A stretch of DNA of 54,804 nt, taken from NCBI GenBank assembly GCA_030648495.1, contig JAUSHV010000045.1, positions 1 to 54,804 on the forward strand. Reading direction: 5' to 3'. Of this stretch, positions 54,064 through 54,804 are shown one piece after another (the first letter of the stretch is position 1; each line of letters opens with the position of its first letter). The translations under genes were made by a program, and so were the position numbers. A model generated the notes under the pieces. The model was given only the letters and a program-made list of their open reading frames with translations, was not told the origin of the DNA and searched no databases. Source of the stretch: a bacterium. GTDB taxonomy: Bacteria > Patescibacteriota > Minisyncoccia > UBA11713 > 2-01-FULL-45-33.

Positions 54064-54407
54064 TCTTGTGCTCCTTTCTCAATAATATCGCAGATATTAT
54101 GGTATTTGGCCTCAAATGCGTTGTCACCGTCATCATAGAATTCATCAAAGTGGCCATCCGAATCACGATCAACCCAAACTTTATCAGAATTTCTTTTACC
54201 GATCAACACCAATTTGCCGTTTATTGTGATTATGTACCAATCAGTAAAATCATACCAAACAGCTTTTCCGCATTTCCAATCATACTGCCCAATCTTATAA
54301 GCCGTCTCTCCGATCGGCAAATTCGGCACCGGAATATGATTTGCGCGGGCAATCGATGCATTAATAAGTAAAAAGCCTACCAACAAAAGACACAAAATGG
54401 TTTTCAT
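54060..54407 (-). CDS. Small secreted 2-Cys protein
   Basis: Signal peptide MKTILCLLLVGFLLINASIA, then HIPVPNLP. Overlaps the downstream gene by 4 nt. Confidence 0.55.
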   Translation of the reverse strand: MKTILCLLLVGFLLINASIARANHIPVPNLPIGETAYKIGQYDWKCGKAVWYDFTDWYIITINGKLVLIGKRNSDKVWVDRDSDGHFDEFYDDGDNAFEAKYHNICDIIEKGAQE

Positions 54408-54434
54408 TTTTCCTACCTTTCTACTTCTCGCCCA

Positions 54435-54463
54435 AACCTAGCGCAACGTTAAAATACAGTCAA
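54435..54463 (-). promoter_or_regulatory. Candidate promoter
   Basis: Minus strand TTGACT, 17-nt spacer, TAGGTT. Part of a module repeated at 54747-54804. Confidence 0.4.
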
Positions 54464-54469
54464 GACAAA

Positions 54470-54498
54470 AAGAAAAGCGGCGCTAAGTTCTGCGCCGC
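54470..54498 (-). terminator. Intrinsic terminator after the 54508-54717 gene
   Basis: gcggcgc-..-gcgccgc, then ttttcttttt on the minus strand. Confidence 0.6.
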
Positions 54499-54507
54499 GT
54501 TGGATTC

Positions 54508-54717
54508 TTATTTTTTTGGTATCCAGTCGGTTTTCAACGGAGCGCCGGTTTTAACTTCGATATAATTACGTTCCTTTCCAACAGTCACATCAACTGTTGC
54601 GACATCCTTACTTATACGCACAGTAGTTATGTGTTGCAAAACGTCGCTAATTGTCACGATCGTACCGTCTTTAAGCTGAATTTCCCATTCGCCATCCAAT
54701 TGTATTGTTTTCATCAA
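54508..54717 (-). CDS. Small soluble beta-rich protein (69 aa), unknown function
   Basis: ORF preceded by AAGGAGG on the minus strand, with its own promoter and terminator module. Confidence 0.5.
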   Translation of the reverse strand: MMKTIQLDGEWEIQLKDGTIVTISDVLQHITTVRISKDVATVDVTVGKERNYIEVKTGAPLKTDWIPKK

Positions 54718-54746
54718 GTGCCTCCTTCCTTTGTTTTTCCTAATCC

Positions 54747-54804
54747 ATTCCTAGCACTACAGCGGCAAATCGTCAAGGCAAAAAGAAAAGCGGCTAAACT
54801 AGCC
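54747..54804 (-). promoter_or_regulatory. Second copy of the terminator-promoter junction module
   Basis: Minus strand ggcta-gtt-tagcc hairpin, then GCTTTTCTTTTTGCCTTGACG, 17-nt spacer, TAGGAA. The 23-mer gtcaagRcaaaaagaaaagcggc is shared with 54460-54482, differing only at the R position. Confidence 0.4.

Noticed and set aside
1-54804. CRISPR arrays, rRNA and tRNA genes, and stop-codon reassignment (UGA recoding, as in some CPR lineages).
   Set aside because: No regularly spaced direct repeats were seen. No cloverleaf-like sequence was found in the intergenic regions apart from the tmRNA ends. Conserved genes read through without in-frame TGA, so the standard code fits.

Overview
This window looks like a contiguous piece of a small, AT-rich, gene-dense bacterial genome. 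I infer a Candidate Phyla Radiation (Patescibacteria) origin: rpsE is followed directly by rplO with no L30 gene, genes are short and often overlap, and comEC, PolX, ndk and Nudix are present. Standard genetic code; no CRISPR array, rRNA or tRNA gene found.

Almost everything is on the minus strand. From high to low coordinates:
- three small secreted-protein genes
- tuf, rpsJ, two inserted non-ribosomal genes, then rplC through rplO, secY, adk, map
- a GT2 glycosyltransferase, a galT-like gene, tpiA, pgk
- a PD-(D/E)XK nuclease, a DHH-like protein and RNase H
- comEC split into two ORFs
- ndk, Nudix, a beta-CASP RNase, several membrane proteins, UDG
- a 560-nt ORF-free structured region, PolX
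- an IS200/RAYT-type Y1 transposase flanked by identical hairpins (plus strand)
- two small secreted paralogs (plus strand), a metal ABC transporter pair
- infC-rpmI-rplT (plus strand), smpB and tmRNA
- an orphan two-component cluster (2 PAS kinases, 4 stand-alone receivers)
- an SDR, a spermidine-synthase-like membrane protein (plus strand), thrC, argS
- an edge-truncated ileS that is missing from the ORF track

Most interesting observations, all read directly from the sequence:
1. A dispersed GC-rich structured repeat system. Family A is about 90 nt with three helices kept by compensatory changes. Family B has a core identical at 27 of 28 positions. Copies lie between smpB and ssrA, and in frame inside comEC and argS, resembling Rickettsia palindromic elements. 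Related palindromes sit inside rplW and ileS.
2. ileS carries a complete histidine-phosphatase (PGAM-like) domain inserted in its catalytic core.
3. The normally invariant rpsJ-rplC junction is split by a methyltransferase and a coiled-coil gene. The rplC-rplD spacer holds a start-stop mini-ORF and a terminator that abuts the rplD ATG.
4. A 560-nt ORF-free region contains long-range helices and terminator-like hairpins.
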